64,000 nt of DNA from Candidatus Eiseniibacteriota bacterium (GTDB lineage Bacteria; Eisenbacteria; RBG-16-71-46): NCBI GenBank assembly GCA_963717935.1, contig CAVQXP010000004.1, forward strand, positions 160,001-224,000, given 5' to 3'. Numbering within the stretch: position 1 is the first letter of the stretch; every line of letters starts with the position of its first letter. The position numbers and the translations under genes were made by a program. Of this stretch, positions 23,002 through 33,271 are shown piece by piece. The notes beneath the pieces are model-generated. The model ran no database searches. It saw only the letters and a list, made by a program, of their open reading frames with translations, and was not told where the DNA came from.

Positions 23002-24222
23002 CTACTGCCCCCTGGCCTGCTCCCGCGGCGGCATGGCCGCCGCCCGCTCCGCGGGCGACATGGGCCTGGCCGCGCGCACCAGGTCCCGCGCCCAGTCCAC
23101 CGCGCCCCACACGTTCCACAGCAGCACGCCGCGCACGACATCGTCCCGCAGGTAGTAGACGACGCCCTCGCGCAGGGGCTCGCGCCACACCGCCTCGACG
23201 CGCAGCGCGGAGTCCAGATCCCCCACGGCCTCGAAGCCCAGGTCGAACAGGTCCGAGAAGAAGTACGGGATCCCCTCGTAGGTCCGGTCGGCCCCGGCCA
23301 TGTTGGCCCCGGCGCAGCGGCCCTGCTCGCGAGCGTGGTCCCAGTGCTCGGCGCGCAGGCTGCGCTGCAGCGGCACGCAGGGGAAGCGCGTCACGTCGCC
23401 CGCGGCGAAGATGTCGGGGTCCGTGGTGCGCGCGAACTCGTCCACCACGATGCCGTCGTCCACGTCGAGGCCGGCCGCTTCGGCCAGGTCCACCTCGGGC
23501 TCGATGCCGATGCCGACCAGCACCGTCTGGGTGGAGATGACGCTGCCGCCCGCCAGGCGGACCTGGATGAGCCCCTGCGACACCTCGAAACCCACGACCT
23601 TGTCCTCGGAGACCGTCTCGACGCCCTGCTGACGGTAGTGATCCGCCACGAACAGGCCCACGTCGCGCGGTAGCACGCGGAAGAGCGGGTACTCGCGGTC
23701 GTAGAGGAACGTCACCTCCCTGCCCGCGTGCCGCATCGCCGCGGCCAGCTCGGCGCCCACGAACCCGCCGCCCACGACGAGCACGTGCTCGAAGCGGTCG
23801 AGCCGGCGCTCCAGGTAGAGGTAGTCCTCGAGACTGCGGAAGTAGTGCACGCCCTCCACCTCGGCCCCGCGCACCACCAGCCGGCGCGGCTTGCCGCCCG
23901 TGGCGAGCAGCAGGCGCTCGTAGCCGTGCTCGGCCCCGCGTTCGTCCCACACCAGGTGCCGCACGGGGTCCAACTCGACCGCCTCGCGGCGCAACTGCAG
24001 CTCGACGCCGTGCTCGCGGTAGAAGGCGTCCTCGTGGACGGACAGCTCGTCCCTGGTGGACTTGCCGAACCACAGCCCCTTCGACAGCGGCGGCCGGTGG
24101 TAGGGCGCGTAGTTCTCGCGGGCGAGCATCAGGATGCCGCCCTCGCGGTCGTGCTCGCGGATGCCCTCGATGGCCGAGGCACCGGCGAGCCCGCCGCCGA
24201 CGATCACGTACTTGTGCCGCAT
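23002..24222 (-). CDS. NAD(P)/FAD-dependent oxidoreductase, ferredoxin reductase-like
   Basis: GGGLAG, YHRPPLSK, LATG, GGGFVG, FAAGD, PYFFSD motifs. Confidence 0.9.
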   Translation of the reverse strand: MRHKYVIVGGGLAGASAIEGIREHDREGGILMLARENYAPYHRPPLSKGLWFGKSTRDELSVHEDAFYREHGVELQLRREAVELDPVRHLVWDERGAEHGYERLLLATGGKPRRLVVRGAEVEGVHYFRSLEDYLYLERRLDRFEHVLVVGGGFVGAELAAAMRHAGREVTFLYDREYPLFRVLPRDVGLFVADHYRQQGVETVSEDKVVGFEVSQGLIQVRLAGGSVISTQTVLVGIGIEPEVDLAEAAGLDVDDGIVVDEFARTTDPDIFAAGDVTRFPCVPLQRSLRAEHWDHAREQGRCAGANMAGADRTYEGIPYFFSDLFDLGFEAVGDLDSALRVEAVWREPLREGVVYYLRDDVVRGVLLWNVWGAVDWARDLVRAARPMSPAERAAAMPPREQARGQ

Positions 24223-24226
24223 GGCG

Positions 24227-24988
24227 TCACGCTCCTTGTGGTCCGGTCTCCGGGCTCCCGGGTGCGCGGCGATAGGCGAGATGCGAGAGGTACCCCGCGT
24301 GCAGGTCCATCAGCGCGTGGATGAGCATGCCGGCGAAGAGCGAGCGCGTGATCCAGTAGACCGCGGCGAGAAAGCCCCCCACCGCCGCGGTGAGCAGGAT
24401 GCCGCGCGCGCCCTGATAGGCGTGACCCACGCCGAAGACGAGCGACGAGGCGACCGCCGCCACCAGGAACGACGAGTGGGGCGCGAAGAGCCAGGTCCAG
24501 GCGACCAGGTACCAGATCAGGTAGCCGCGGTAGAGCACCTCCTCGCAGATGCCCGCGGTCCCGGCGAGCGCGAAGAACCACGCCCGCTCGCGCAGCGTGG
24601 TGGGAAGCATGCGCTCGAGGTGCCGCGTGCGCCGGCGCAGGTGCTCGAGCGAGGCGTCGTCCGCCGGCTTGAGATAGCCCTGCCGCAGGAGGACAGCCAC
24701 GAAGATCGCGAGCCCCCCGACGACGCCCAGCAGCCCGCCGCTCAGGCGCGGCACGATGCCCAGCGTGCTCCAGGACCGGTGGGTCGCGAGCCACAGCGCG
24801 GCGACCAGCGCGACGGCCGTCCACTGGAGCGCGATCGCGCGGCGGTAGACGGCGAGCTTCACGCGTGGCAGGTCCGCTTCCGAAGCGCGCTGGAGCGGGC
24901 GGAGCCCGAACACCGCCGCCCGCACCGGGAACACCACGGCAAGGACCAGGAAGAGCAGGTGATCGGGCCAGCCGAGGGGCGAGGGCAT
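24227..24988 (-). CDS. CPBP (CAAX/Abi) intramembrane metalloprotease
   Basis: EEVLYRG, FGVGH, HALMD motifs and multiple TM helices. Confidence 0.88.
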   Translation of the reverse strand: MPSPLGWPDHLLFLVLAVVFPVRAAVFGLRPLQRASEADLPRVKLAVYRRAIALQWTAVALVAALWLATHRSWSTLGIVPRLSGGLLGVVGGLAIFVAVLLRQGYLKPADDASLEHLRRRTRHLERMLPTTLRERAWFFALAGTAGICEEVLYRGYLIWYLVAWTWLFAPHSSFLVAAVASSLVFGVGHAYQGARGILLTAAVGGFLAAVYWITRSLFAGMLIHALMDLHAGYLSHLAYRRAPGSPETGPQGA

Positions 24989-24993
24989 GGGGT

Positions 24994-25640
24994 TCAGCCC
25001 CGGCGCGGCCACGCGGCCGCCGCCACGCGGGGCACGCGCCGCGTTCGCCAGCGCCCGCACCTCGCGGTGGCGGAAACAGGTGACAAGGTGGTCGTTCACC
25101 ATCCCCGCCGCCTGCATCAGGGCGTAGACGATGGTCGAGCCCACGAACTTGAACCCCCGCCGCCGCAGCTCCGCGCTCACCGCGTCCGAGAGCAGCGTGC
25201 GGGCCGGGATCTGCCGGTCAGCTCCGGCGGCGGTTCTGGACCGGGCGGCCCGCCGTGAAACCCCAGATGAAGCGGTCGAAGCTCCCGAACTCCCGCTGTA
25301 CCTCGAGGAAGGCGCGCGCGTTCGTGACGGCCGAGGCGATCTTCTGGCGGTTGCGCACGATGCCCGGGTCGCGCAGCAGTGCCCGCACCTTGCGCGTGTC
25401 GTAACGCGCGACCTTGCGCGGGTCGAAGCGGTCGAAGGCCCGCCTGTAGCCCACGCGCTTCTCCAGGATGGTGCGCCATGAGAGGCCGGCCTGCGCGCCG
25501 TCCAACACCAGCATCTCGAACCAGCGGCGGTCCGAGTGCACCGGCACACCCCACTCGCGGTCGTGATAGGCACGGTAGAGCGGCGTGCTCTCGCACCAGG
25601 GGCAGCGGGCAGGCGGAAGAAGCGGGCGTCTCGTGGTCAT
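24994..25640 (-). CDS. tag: DNA-3-methyladenine glycosylase I (frameshift near 25220; end uncertain)
   Basis: RCPWC..YHDREWG, QAGLSW, IVRNRQKI; then GFKFVGSTIVYALMQAAGMVNDH in a second frame. Confidence 0.9.
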
Positions 25641-25772
25641 GGCGTCTCGCCCGACATCGTGTCACACGGGCAGGACGGGCCGCAACGGCGGCGGGCCGCC
25701 CGCCTCGCTCCGTCACGGACCGCGGAGGGGGCGCCGGACGGGCGAGGCACCCGCCCGGCGCCCGGCGCGGCC

Positions 25773-28022
25773 CTATCGCACGAACAGCATCTCGCGGTAC
25801 TTGGGCAGGGACCAGATCTCGTCGTCCACCAGGTGCTCGAGCCGGTCGGCGGCGGTCCGCGCCTTCGCCATGAGCGGCCGCACCTCGTCGGCGAGACGGC
25901 GCGCTGTCTTCGCCTCGTCGTCCGCGCCGTCCAGTTCGTCCAGCAGCGACTCGAGTCGTCCGGCCACGCCCATCACCTCGGCCAGCACGGCCGACAGATC
26001 CGCGACCCGGGCGGCCAGCGCCCGGGCGCCCGCCTCGGTCGCCCCGCGTTCCGCGTCGGCGAGTTTCGCGGTCGTCGCGGCGTTCAGGCCACCCCACACC
26101 TCGAGCGTCCCGGCGAGTTGCTTCTCCCCCGCCGGGATCACGAGCGTGCGCAGCATCTCGAGCAGCGTCTCCGCCTCGAGCATCACGTGCTTGATGTAGC
26201 GCTCGATCGCGATGTTGTAGCGGCTCGACAGCTCGAGCTCCGTGAACACCGACCGCTCGCGCAGGAACGCCGTCCGCTTCGGGTCGCGCAGCACCTCGAG
26301 CGCCGCCGGCGTGTCCGCCAGGTTGGGCAGGCCGCGCCGCGCCGCCTCGGCCTTCCACTCGTCGCTGTAGTTGTTGCCTCCGAAGCGCACCGGCGCGGTC
26401 TCCTTGAACACCTCGCGCAGCAGCTCGAGCACCGCCTGGTCACGGTCGCCCACGTCGCCCAGCTTCAGCTTCAACCGTCCGCTCAGCTTGCTGATCGAGT
26501 CGGCCACCGCGCCCAGCAGCACCGCCATCGGGCCTGCGCAGTTCATCGAGGAGCCCACCGCGCGGAACTCGAACTTGTTCCCGGTGAACGCGAAGGGCGA
26601 CGTGCGGTTGCGGTCGGTGTAATCCTGTGCGAGCTGTGGCAGCTTGCCCACGCCCATGTCCACGACGAGCTCCGCGGCGTCCTCGCTCGCGCTGCCCTCG
26701 ACGATGCGCTCGATGATGCGCGTCATCAGGTCGCCCACGAACACGCTCAGGATCGCGGGTGGCGCCTCGTTGGCGCCGAGGCGCAGGTCGTTGTTCGCGC
26801 TGGCGATCGTGGCGCGCATCGCGTCGGCGTGATCGTGCACCGCCTTCAGACAGACCGCCATGAAGGCGAGGAAGCGCAGGTTCTGGTGCGGCGTGCGGCC
26901 CGGCTCGAGCAGGTTCTCGCCCCGGTCCGTGACCAGGCTCCAGTTCGAGTGCTTGCCGCTCCCGTTCAGTCCCGCAAAGGGCTTCTCGTGGAACAGGCAG
27001 ACGAAGTGGTGGCGGAGCGCCACCTTCCGCGCCACGTCCATGGCCAGCGCATTGTGGTCGTTCGCGATGTTCGCGTCCTCGAAGATGGGCGCCATCTCGA
27101 ACTGCATCGGCGCCACCTCGTTGTGGCGCGTCTTGACCGGGATGCCGAGCCGGTGCAGCTCGAACTCCATCTCCTCCATGAACGCCAGCGCGCGCGGCGG
27201 GATCGAGCCGAAGTAGTGGTCCTCGAACTGTTGCCCGCGCGGCGAGGCCGCCCCCAGCAGGGTGCGGTCGCAGAGCGCGAGGTCCGGCCGTTGCGCCCAG
27301 TGATCGCGGTCGAGCAGGAAGTACTCCTGCTCGATCCCGAGCGTGGTGCCCACCGAGCGGACGTCCACGTCGCCCAGCAGCTTCAGGAACGCGACCGCCT
27401 GCTTGTCCACCGCCTCGAGCGCGCGCAGGAGCGGCGTCTTATGGTCGAGCGAGTCGCCGTGGTAGGAGATGAACACCGAGGGCACGCACAGCGTGCGCCC
27501 GTTCACGCTCTCCACCAGGAACATGGGCGACGAGGGGTCCCACGCGGTGTAACCGCGCGCCTCGAAGGTGGTGCGCATGCCGCCCGAGGGGAACGACGAG
27601 GCGTCCGGCTCGCTCTGAATCAGCTGCGAGCCCGAGAAGCGCTCGAGCACCTTGAGTTCGCCCGGCATGGTCACGTTGAGGTCGATGAACGAGTCGTGCT
27701 TCTCGGCCGTGAGCCCGGTCATCGGCTGGAACCAGTGCGTGAAGTGCGTGGCGCTGTGCGCGATCGCCCAGTCGCGCGCGACCGTGGCGATGGTGTCGGC
27801 CGCATCGCGCGCGAGCGGCGTGCCGTTGCGCAGGGTCACCAGCAGCGCCTGGTACGCCTCGCGCGGCAGGCGCTCCTTGAGCTTGATGAGGTCGAGGACA
27901 TGGCGCCCGAAGTAGGAACTCACCGGCATGCGGTGGCCGTCGGGCTGGCGGGGTGGATCGAAGGCGCGAGGTTGGCGCTGGTGAACGGCAAGGCGCGACG
28001 CACGGCGCGAGGTCCTGGGCAT
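25773..28022 (-). CDS. glnA: Glutamine synthetase type III
   Basis: THFTHWFQP, EPDASSFPSGG, HNEVAP, NGSGKH, DRNRTSPFAF, LPKYREMLF; about 750 aa. Confidence 0.95.
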   Translation of the reverse strand: MPRTSRRASRLAVHQRQPRAFDPPRQPDGHRMPVSSYFGRHVLDLIKLKERLPREAYQALLVTLRNGTPLARDAADTIATVARDWAIAHSATHFTHWFQPMTGLTAEKHDSFIDLNVTMPGELKVLERFSGSQLIQSEPDASSFPSGGMRTTFEARGYTAWDPSSPMFLVESVNGRTLCVPSVFISYHGDSLDHKTPLLRALEAVDKQAVAFLKLLGDVDVRSVGTTLGIEQEYFLLDRDHWAQRPDLALCDRTLLGAASPRGQQFEDHYFGSIPPRALAFMEEMEFELHRLGIPVKTRHNEVAPMQFEMAPIFEDANIANDHNALAMDVARKVALRHHFVCLFHEKPFAGLNGSGKHSNWSLVTDRGENLLEPGRTPHQNLRFLAFMAVCLKAVHDHADAMRATIASANNDLRLGANEAPPAILSVFVGDLMTRIIERIVEGSASEDAAELVVDMGVGKLPQLAQDYTDRNRTSPFAFTGNKFEFRAVGSSMNCAGPMAVLLGAVADSISKLSGRLKLKLGDVGDRDQAVLELLREVFKETAPVRFGGNNYSDEWKAEAARRGLPNLADTPAALEVLRDPKRTAFLRERSVFTELELSSRYNIAIERYIKHVMLEAETLLEMLRTLVIPAGEKQLAGTLEVWGGLNAATTAKLADAERGATEAGARALAARVADLSAVLAEVMGVAGRLESLLDELDGADDEAKTARRLADEVRPLMAKARTAADRLEHLVDDEIWSLPKYREMLFVR

Positions 28023-28185
28023 GACCTGTCCTCCTGGCTCTGACCGCGACAAGCCGGAGGGCCTGGCGCGATCGTCTCGGGACGTGGACCTCGCCGCGAG
28101 CCACGCCCGCGGGAAGCCCGATGGACGAGAAGAGTATAGCACGGTTGTCGGCACCCGGAGCGGGAGACTTGCCAGGAAATGATGA

Positions 28186-28217
28186 GCGGCCGCGCCCCCC
28201 CGGGGGGACGCGGCCGC
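28186..28217 (-). terminator. Hairpin downstream of the peptidase gene
   Basis: GCGGCCGCG...CGCGGCCGC stem, followed on the minus strand by TCATCATTT. Confidence 0.45.
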
Positions 28218-28240
28218 GCTGTCCTGCCGTGCGAGCCGGT

Positions 28241-29908
28241 CTACTTCTTCCCCGCCGCCCCGGCGTTCAGCACTTCCATCCCCTGCTTGAAGACGATGTC
28301 CGTGGGAATGTCCGCCGAGGCGAGGCCGTCGAGGTCCCGCTTGAGCTGCGGGTCCATCTGGTCGGCCTTCGGCAGGAACGCCTCGACGCCCGCGTAGTCC
28401 CCGTCGCCCTGCAGCGTCAGCACCTTCGTCGAGAACGCGTCGATCGCGGCCCGCATCTTCGGGAGGTCCACGCGGTAGGTGCCGGTCGTCGAGTCACGCG
28501 AGAACGCGCCCTGTTCCTTGAAGAAGGTGAACTCGGCGAGGTTCGCGCGACCGTGGGCACTCGCGGCGCCGAAGCGGACCGAGCGGAAGAGCCCCGCCAG
28601 GTAGGTCACGTAGTTGTCCATCAGGTCGGCCTCTCCCAGCTCGCCCATCTCCTCGAGCTTCGTGATCATGAAGAGGCTCAGCACGTCGGCCTTGCCCTCC
28701 TCGAGAGAACCGCCCAGGTCCTTCAGCGCGTCGCGCACGGTGCCCTTGCCGTCGAGCGTGTTCTTGATGCCGAGCCCGTGGGACACCTCGTGGAACATCA
28801 CGTTGGCGAAGAAGGCGTCGAACTGGATGTGCCGCTTCTGGTCCTGGGCGATGAGCCGGTCGGCGATGGGCGTGAGGATCCTGTCGAACTTGGCGCGCAT
28901 GGCGTTCTTGAGCTGCAGGCGCCGGGCGCCCTTCGCGAGCTGGACCGTCTCGTCGTTCGGCAGGTTGATGGCGATGGTCTTCGAGCCGGCGTTGGCGTCG
29001 CCCGCGTAGTAGACGGCGTCGTAGGCACCGAGGTCCGAGCCGCTCCCGGGCGACTCCTTCTTGTACCGGGCCGGCACCGGCAGCTGCATCTGCAGGGCGG
29101 GCAGGAGCTTCACGTAACGCGCAAGCTTCGCGCTCCACTCCTTGTCCTTGATGAGCACGAAACCCTCGTGCGTGCTCTTGTAGCCGAACATCTGGTCTTC
29201 GTAGTTCTCGATCGGGCCGATGACGACGTCGATCCCGTTCGTCTTCATGTCCATCCAGGCCATGTCGCTCGGACGATAGTCGTCGGTGAGCAGCGCCTTC
29301 GCACGCAACTCGAGGTAGTTGCGCAGTCCCGCGTCCTCGGCCAGGGCGGCCGCCTCGTGCAGGCGGGCGACGGCCCGCTCCACCTGCGGCTGGAACGCCT
29401 CCCGATAGGGCACCGCCACGAGCTGGCCCTGGGCGTCCCGGCGCACGATCGTGTACTGGCCCTTGAGGGCGACGGCCCGCTCCGCGGACGCGGCGACGGC
29501 CTGCTCGAACTCCTCCTTCGTCATGTCCGCGGGATAGAAGCCCGCGCCGGCGGGCTTCGCCCCGACCCCGGGCAGGAAGGGCTCGTTCCCCTTGAGCCGG
29601 TCCCAGGGCCCGTAGTTGATCTCGGCGAAGCGGCGCAGCTCGGGGTCGGTGATGTCCGCGAGGAACTTCGCCTTGTCGCCGTACGCCTCCAGCCAGAAGA
29701 TCTCGTCCATCGCCTGGCAGGCGTCGATCAGGAGCGGGATCATCTTCCGCTCCTTCTCGGTGAGCGCGCCAAGGTCGGCGGTCAGCGTGACTTCCGTGTA
29801 CTTCGTGAGGTTCGCGGAGGTCTCGCCGCCCTGCTTCGCCTTGGGGGCGCACGCGGGCAGGACGAGCATCGCCGCCGCGACCAGACCGAGCCAGGATGCG
29901 CTTCTCAT
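28241..29908 (-). CDS. Dipeptidyl-peptidase III (M49)-like Zn hydrolase, lipoprotein
   Basis: Lipobox LPAC; INYGPWDRL, TIAINLPND, HEVSH, EEGKAD motifs. Confidence 0.88.
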   Translation of the reverse strand: MRSASWLGLVAAAMLVLPACAPKAKQGGETSANLTKYTEVTLTADLGALTEKERKMIPLLIDACQAMDEIFWLEAYGDKAKFLADITDPELRRFAEINYGPWDRLKGNEPFLPGVGAKPAGAGFYPADMTKEEFEQAVAASAERAVALKGQYTIVRRDAQGQLVAVPYREAFQPQVERAVARLHEAAALAEDAGLRNYLELRAKALLTDDYRPSDMAWMDMKTNGIDVVIGPIENYEDQMFGYKSTHEGFVLIKDKEWSAKLARYVKLLPALQMQLPVPARYKKESPGSGSDLGAYDAVYYAGDANAGSKTIAINLPNDETVQLAKGARRLQLKNAMRAKFDRILTPIADRLIAQDQKRHIQFDAFFANVMFHEVSHGLGIKNTLDGKGTVRDALKDLGGSLEEGKADVLSLFMITKLEEMGELGEADLMDNYVTYLAGLFRSVRFGAASAHGRANLAEFTFFKEQGAFSRDSTTGTYRVDLPKMRAAIDAFSTKVLTLQGDGDYAGVEAFLPKADQMDPQLKRDLDGLASADIPTDIVFKQGMEVLNAGAAGKK

Positions 29909-30280
29909 CGGGACTCCTCTCAGAGGGTCTGCGGAATCATTCTCGGAGCCGGCACGCGCGCTTGACAGCCACGTGGGCGTCCGACGGACGAGCCTGAGAC
30001 TAAGTCGGGAGACCCCTGGCGGCAAAGGCGCGGGGCCCTCCGCGGGGGGAGCGCCCACGAGCGGCCGCTCCCCCCGCGGAGTGTCCCGGCCTCGTCGCGC
30101 CCGCCCGGCGCGCCGCAGGAGCCTTCCGTCGCGGAAAACCGCGCACTCGTCGGTGGACGCACCACACCGCCCACATTCCCGGGGAGACTGCCCGGGAGCC
30201 TGGAGGCGGGCCCCTGGTTCCCGGAAACCGCGCAGGGGCGTCCCGCCCGCGATCGTCCAGAGGGTCGACTTGGAGGGAAC

Positions 30281-32215
30281 ATGGGTGCTTGCAGAGTGCT
30301 GATGCTGCTGGTCGCAGCTGTCGTCGTCGGCGCCTCGACGCTCCAGGCCGGCGAAATCCACCAGGCGGTCGCCGCGGGCGACAGCGCCCGGGTAGCTCGC
30401 CTGCTGCGCGCGGACCCCGGCCTGGTCCGCGTGGCGAATGGGGACCGGGCCGCCGAGCTGCCGCTGCACATCGCGGCCGGGGCCGGACGGGTCGGGATCG
30501 CCCGGCTCCTGCTCGAGGCGGGCGCCGAGGTGGACGGGCCCGACAGCGACGAGAGCACGCCGCTCGACGTCGCCGTGGTCCGGCGCCAGCGCGAGATGGC
30601 GCGCCTCCTCCTGGATCGGGGCTCCAACGTCAACCACCGCGACCGCAACGGCGGCTATGCCCTGAGCTTCGCGGTCTCCGGCGGCGACACGGCCATCGTG
30701 CGGATGCTCCTCGAGGCCGGGGCGGACCTGAACTACCTCTCCCTGCAGGGCACCACCCTCCTGCACCTCGCCGGCTCTCGCGGGCTGTGGGACCTCGCGG
30801 ACCTGCTCATCCGGCGCGGCGGGGACATCAACCGCGGCAACGCCATCGGGCAGACTCCGCTGCACCTGGCCGCCTACGGGAACGATTCCACGCGGGTCGC
30901 GCATCTGGTGGCGCTCGGAGCGCGCGTCACCGTGCCCGACTCCACCGGGAGCACGCCCCTCGACATCGCCGTCGAGCTCGGGAGGATCCCTACCGCGAGG
31001 GCGCTCCTGGCGGCCGGCGCGGATGTGAACGCCTCCTTCCGCCTGGGCATGACCCCGATCTTCTGGTCGGCGCTGCGCAGGAACGCGGCCATGGCCCGGC
31101 TGTTGATGGCGAACGGCGCCGACCCGAACCGGACCACCCGGAGCGGCGACACCCCCCTCGCACTCGCCGTCGAGTCGAAGCAGACGGAACTCGTCGCGTT
31201 GCTGCTGGAGGGCGGCGCACGGGCCACCGGGGCCACCGGGAGGGACTCGTTGACGCCGCTCCACCGGGCCGGCATCGGTGGACGGGCCGACATCGCGCGC
31301 CTGCTCCTCGAGCACGGCGCTGACGCCGACGCCGGCGCGAAGGACCGCGACGGGGCCACGCCGCTCGACTTCGCGGTCCGCTACGGGCACCGGTCGGTGG
31401 CCGACCTGCTGGTCGCGCACCGGGCGGCCGGCGCGCGCTGGCGGGGCACCGCCGACTGCGGGCTCTCGGGCGCGCGGCGGCTCGCCGGCGGCGAGGCGGC
31501 GATCTGGTTCCTCGGGCACAGCGGCTGGGGGATCAGGACCCGGAACCACTTCCTCGTCTTCGACTACATGCCCGATGATCCGCCGGCCGACCAGCCGGGC
31601 CTCTGCAACGGCTCCATCGCGCCGGAGGAGTTGAAGGGCGAGCGCGTGACCGTCTTCGCCACGCACGAGCACGGCGACCATTTCGACCGGCGCATCTTCG
31701 GCTGGCGCGAGCGGCTGCCGCGGGCCACCTACGTCCTCGGCTTCCGGGCCGACACGCTGCCGCCGCACGTCTTCATCGGGCCACGGGAGACACGCGAGGT
31801 CGACGGCATGAAGATCACGACGATCCGGGCCAACGACCTGGGCGTCGGCTTCGTCGTCGAGGTGGACGGCCTCGTCCTCTTCCACGCGGGCGACCACGCC
31901 AACCGGAACCGCGACCTGTCCGGCGACTTCACCCCCGAGATCGAGTTCCTTCAGGCACGGGGGGTGAAGCCGGACATCGCCTTCCTGCCGATCACGGGGT
32001 GCAGCCTGGGCGACCGCGTCGCGGTGGAGACAGGCGTCGAATATGCGCTCGAGAAGCTCCGCCCGGCGCTCTTCCTGCCGATGCATGCCGGCTCGTTCGG
32101 CTGCGACTTCGGCGCCTGCGAGACGAGGAGCCACGAGCGCTTCCCGCAGATGCGCGTGGAGACGGTGTCGAACCGCGGGGACCACCTGCGCTACCGGAAG
32201 GAAGGATCTCGCTAG
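30281..32215 (+). CDS. Secreted ankyrin-repeat protein with C-terminal metallo-beta-lactamase fold
   Basis: Signal peptide; many TPLHxA/GADVN repeats; FLGHSG, THEHGDHF, HAGD, PMH motifs. Confidence 0.85.
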   Translation: MGACRVLMLLVAAVVVGASTLQAGEIHQAVAAGDSARVARLLRADPGLVRVANGDRAAELPLHIAAGAGRVGIARLLLEAGAEVDGPDSDESTPLDVAVVRRQREMARLLLDRGSNVNHRDRNGGYALSFAVSGGDTAIVRMLLEAGADLNYLSLQGTTLLHLAGSRGLWDLADLLIRRGGDINRGNAIGQTPLHLAAYGNDSTRVAHLVALGARVTVPDSTGSTPLDIAVELGRIPTARALLAAGADVNASFRLGMTPIFWSALRRNAAMARLLMANGADPNRTTRSGDTPLALAVESKQTELVALLLEGGARATGATGRDSLTPLHRAGIGGRADIARLLLEHGADADAGAKDRDGATPLDFAVRYGHRSVADLLVAHRAAGARWRGTADCGLSGARRLAGGEAAIWFLGHSGWGIRTRNHFLVFDYMPDDPPADQPGLCNGSIAPEELKGERVTVFATHEHGDHFDRRIFGWRERLPRATYVLGFRADTLPPHVFIGPRETREVDGMKITTIRANDLGVGFVVEVDGLVLFHAGDHANRNRDLSGDFTPEIEFLQARGVKPDIAFLPITGCSLGDRVAVETGVEYALEKLRPALFLPMHAGSFGCDFGACETRSHERFPQMRVETVSNRGDHLRYRKEGSR

Positions 32216-32309
32216 AGGCGGGCGGGGCCGACCGGCTCCCGGGGCCGGATCGCCTGGACCCTTCATGAGCCGCTGCCGCGAACGTCACGCGGCGCGCGAA
32301 CGGTCCAGG

Positions 32310-33156
32310 CTAGGGCCCGACGCCCATCATCACCTTCGTCACGGTGACGAACGACATCAGCACGGCGAAGGCCGTGAGCGCCAGGAGCGCGAGCGCCAGC
32401 ACCTGCACCAGCGGCGTCTCGCGCTTCTCGTCGTCGAATCGCATCATCGTCGCCGTGAGCCAGCCGCCGGCGAAACCGCCGAGGTGCGCCCAGTTGTTCA
32501 CGCCCGACATCATGAAACCCATCACGAACAGGATGATGGCCCACTGCCAGAGCTGGGCGCTCAACATCGAGATGCGGCGGCGACGGCCGTAGACGATGAG
32601 CGCGGCGAGCAATCCGAAGATGCTGCCCGAGGCGCCGATGGTGGGCGCGCCGCTCAGCAGGTTCGAGGCAAGGAAGCCGGTCGCGCCGGAGACGGTGAAG
32701 AGGATGAACGCGCGACCCGGCCCGTAGACCTCGGTGACGTTCGGGCCCAGCTGCCGGACCCACATCAGGTTGAAGAAGATGTGGAGCAGTCCGCCGTGCA
32801 GGTAGATGGCGCTGAAGAGGGTCCACCACCAGCCCTGCTGCCAGGCGATGCCACCCGTCATGCCGAGCTGGTAGAGAGAGCGCGTGCCGGGCGAGAGGAG
32901 GTTGAACAACGCTCCCAGCCCCTGGCCGCGCATCTGGAAGATGGCGCTCGGCTGGAGCGCGAGAGCGACGGCGATAGAGCGCGACACAGGCGCCGACGAT
33001 GACGGCGTTGAGGTCGAGCCTCCGCCCGAAGAGGCGCTGCAACTGCGGCGTCATGCCGTAGAACCCAGGGCGCCAGGCGCCGCAGAACGGACAGCGTTCC
33101 TCGTCCACGCCGATGAGCTTTTCGCAGCCTGGGCAGATCATGGAGCCGGGCGACAT
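32310..33156 (-). CDS. Rhomboid protease with N-terminal zinc ribbon (frameshift near 32975)
   Basis: CPGC..CPFC; HGGLLHIFFN, GASG, AHLGG motifs. Confidence 0.88.
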
Positions 33157-33271
33157 GCCGGGCAGGATAAGCCAACCCGGCGCCCGGAGGCGAGCGCCCC
33201 GCCCGGCCCCCATGCGGAACCGGCCCCGCGAAGTGCGGGGCCGGCGTGAAGGTCCGCCTGGAGAGCGGCGG

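Noticed and set aside
24227..25640. Tag-CPBP protease fusion
   Set aside because: The gene already has one frameshift, and a TGA at 24994-24996 in an adjacent frame sits just before the CPBP start; probably a second indel
28023..28180. glnA riboswitch or sigma54 promoter upstream of GSIII
   Set aside because: No matching motif recognised; only an extended -10 (TGCTATACT) is visible
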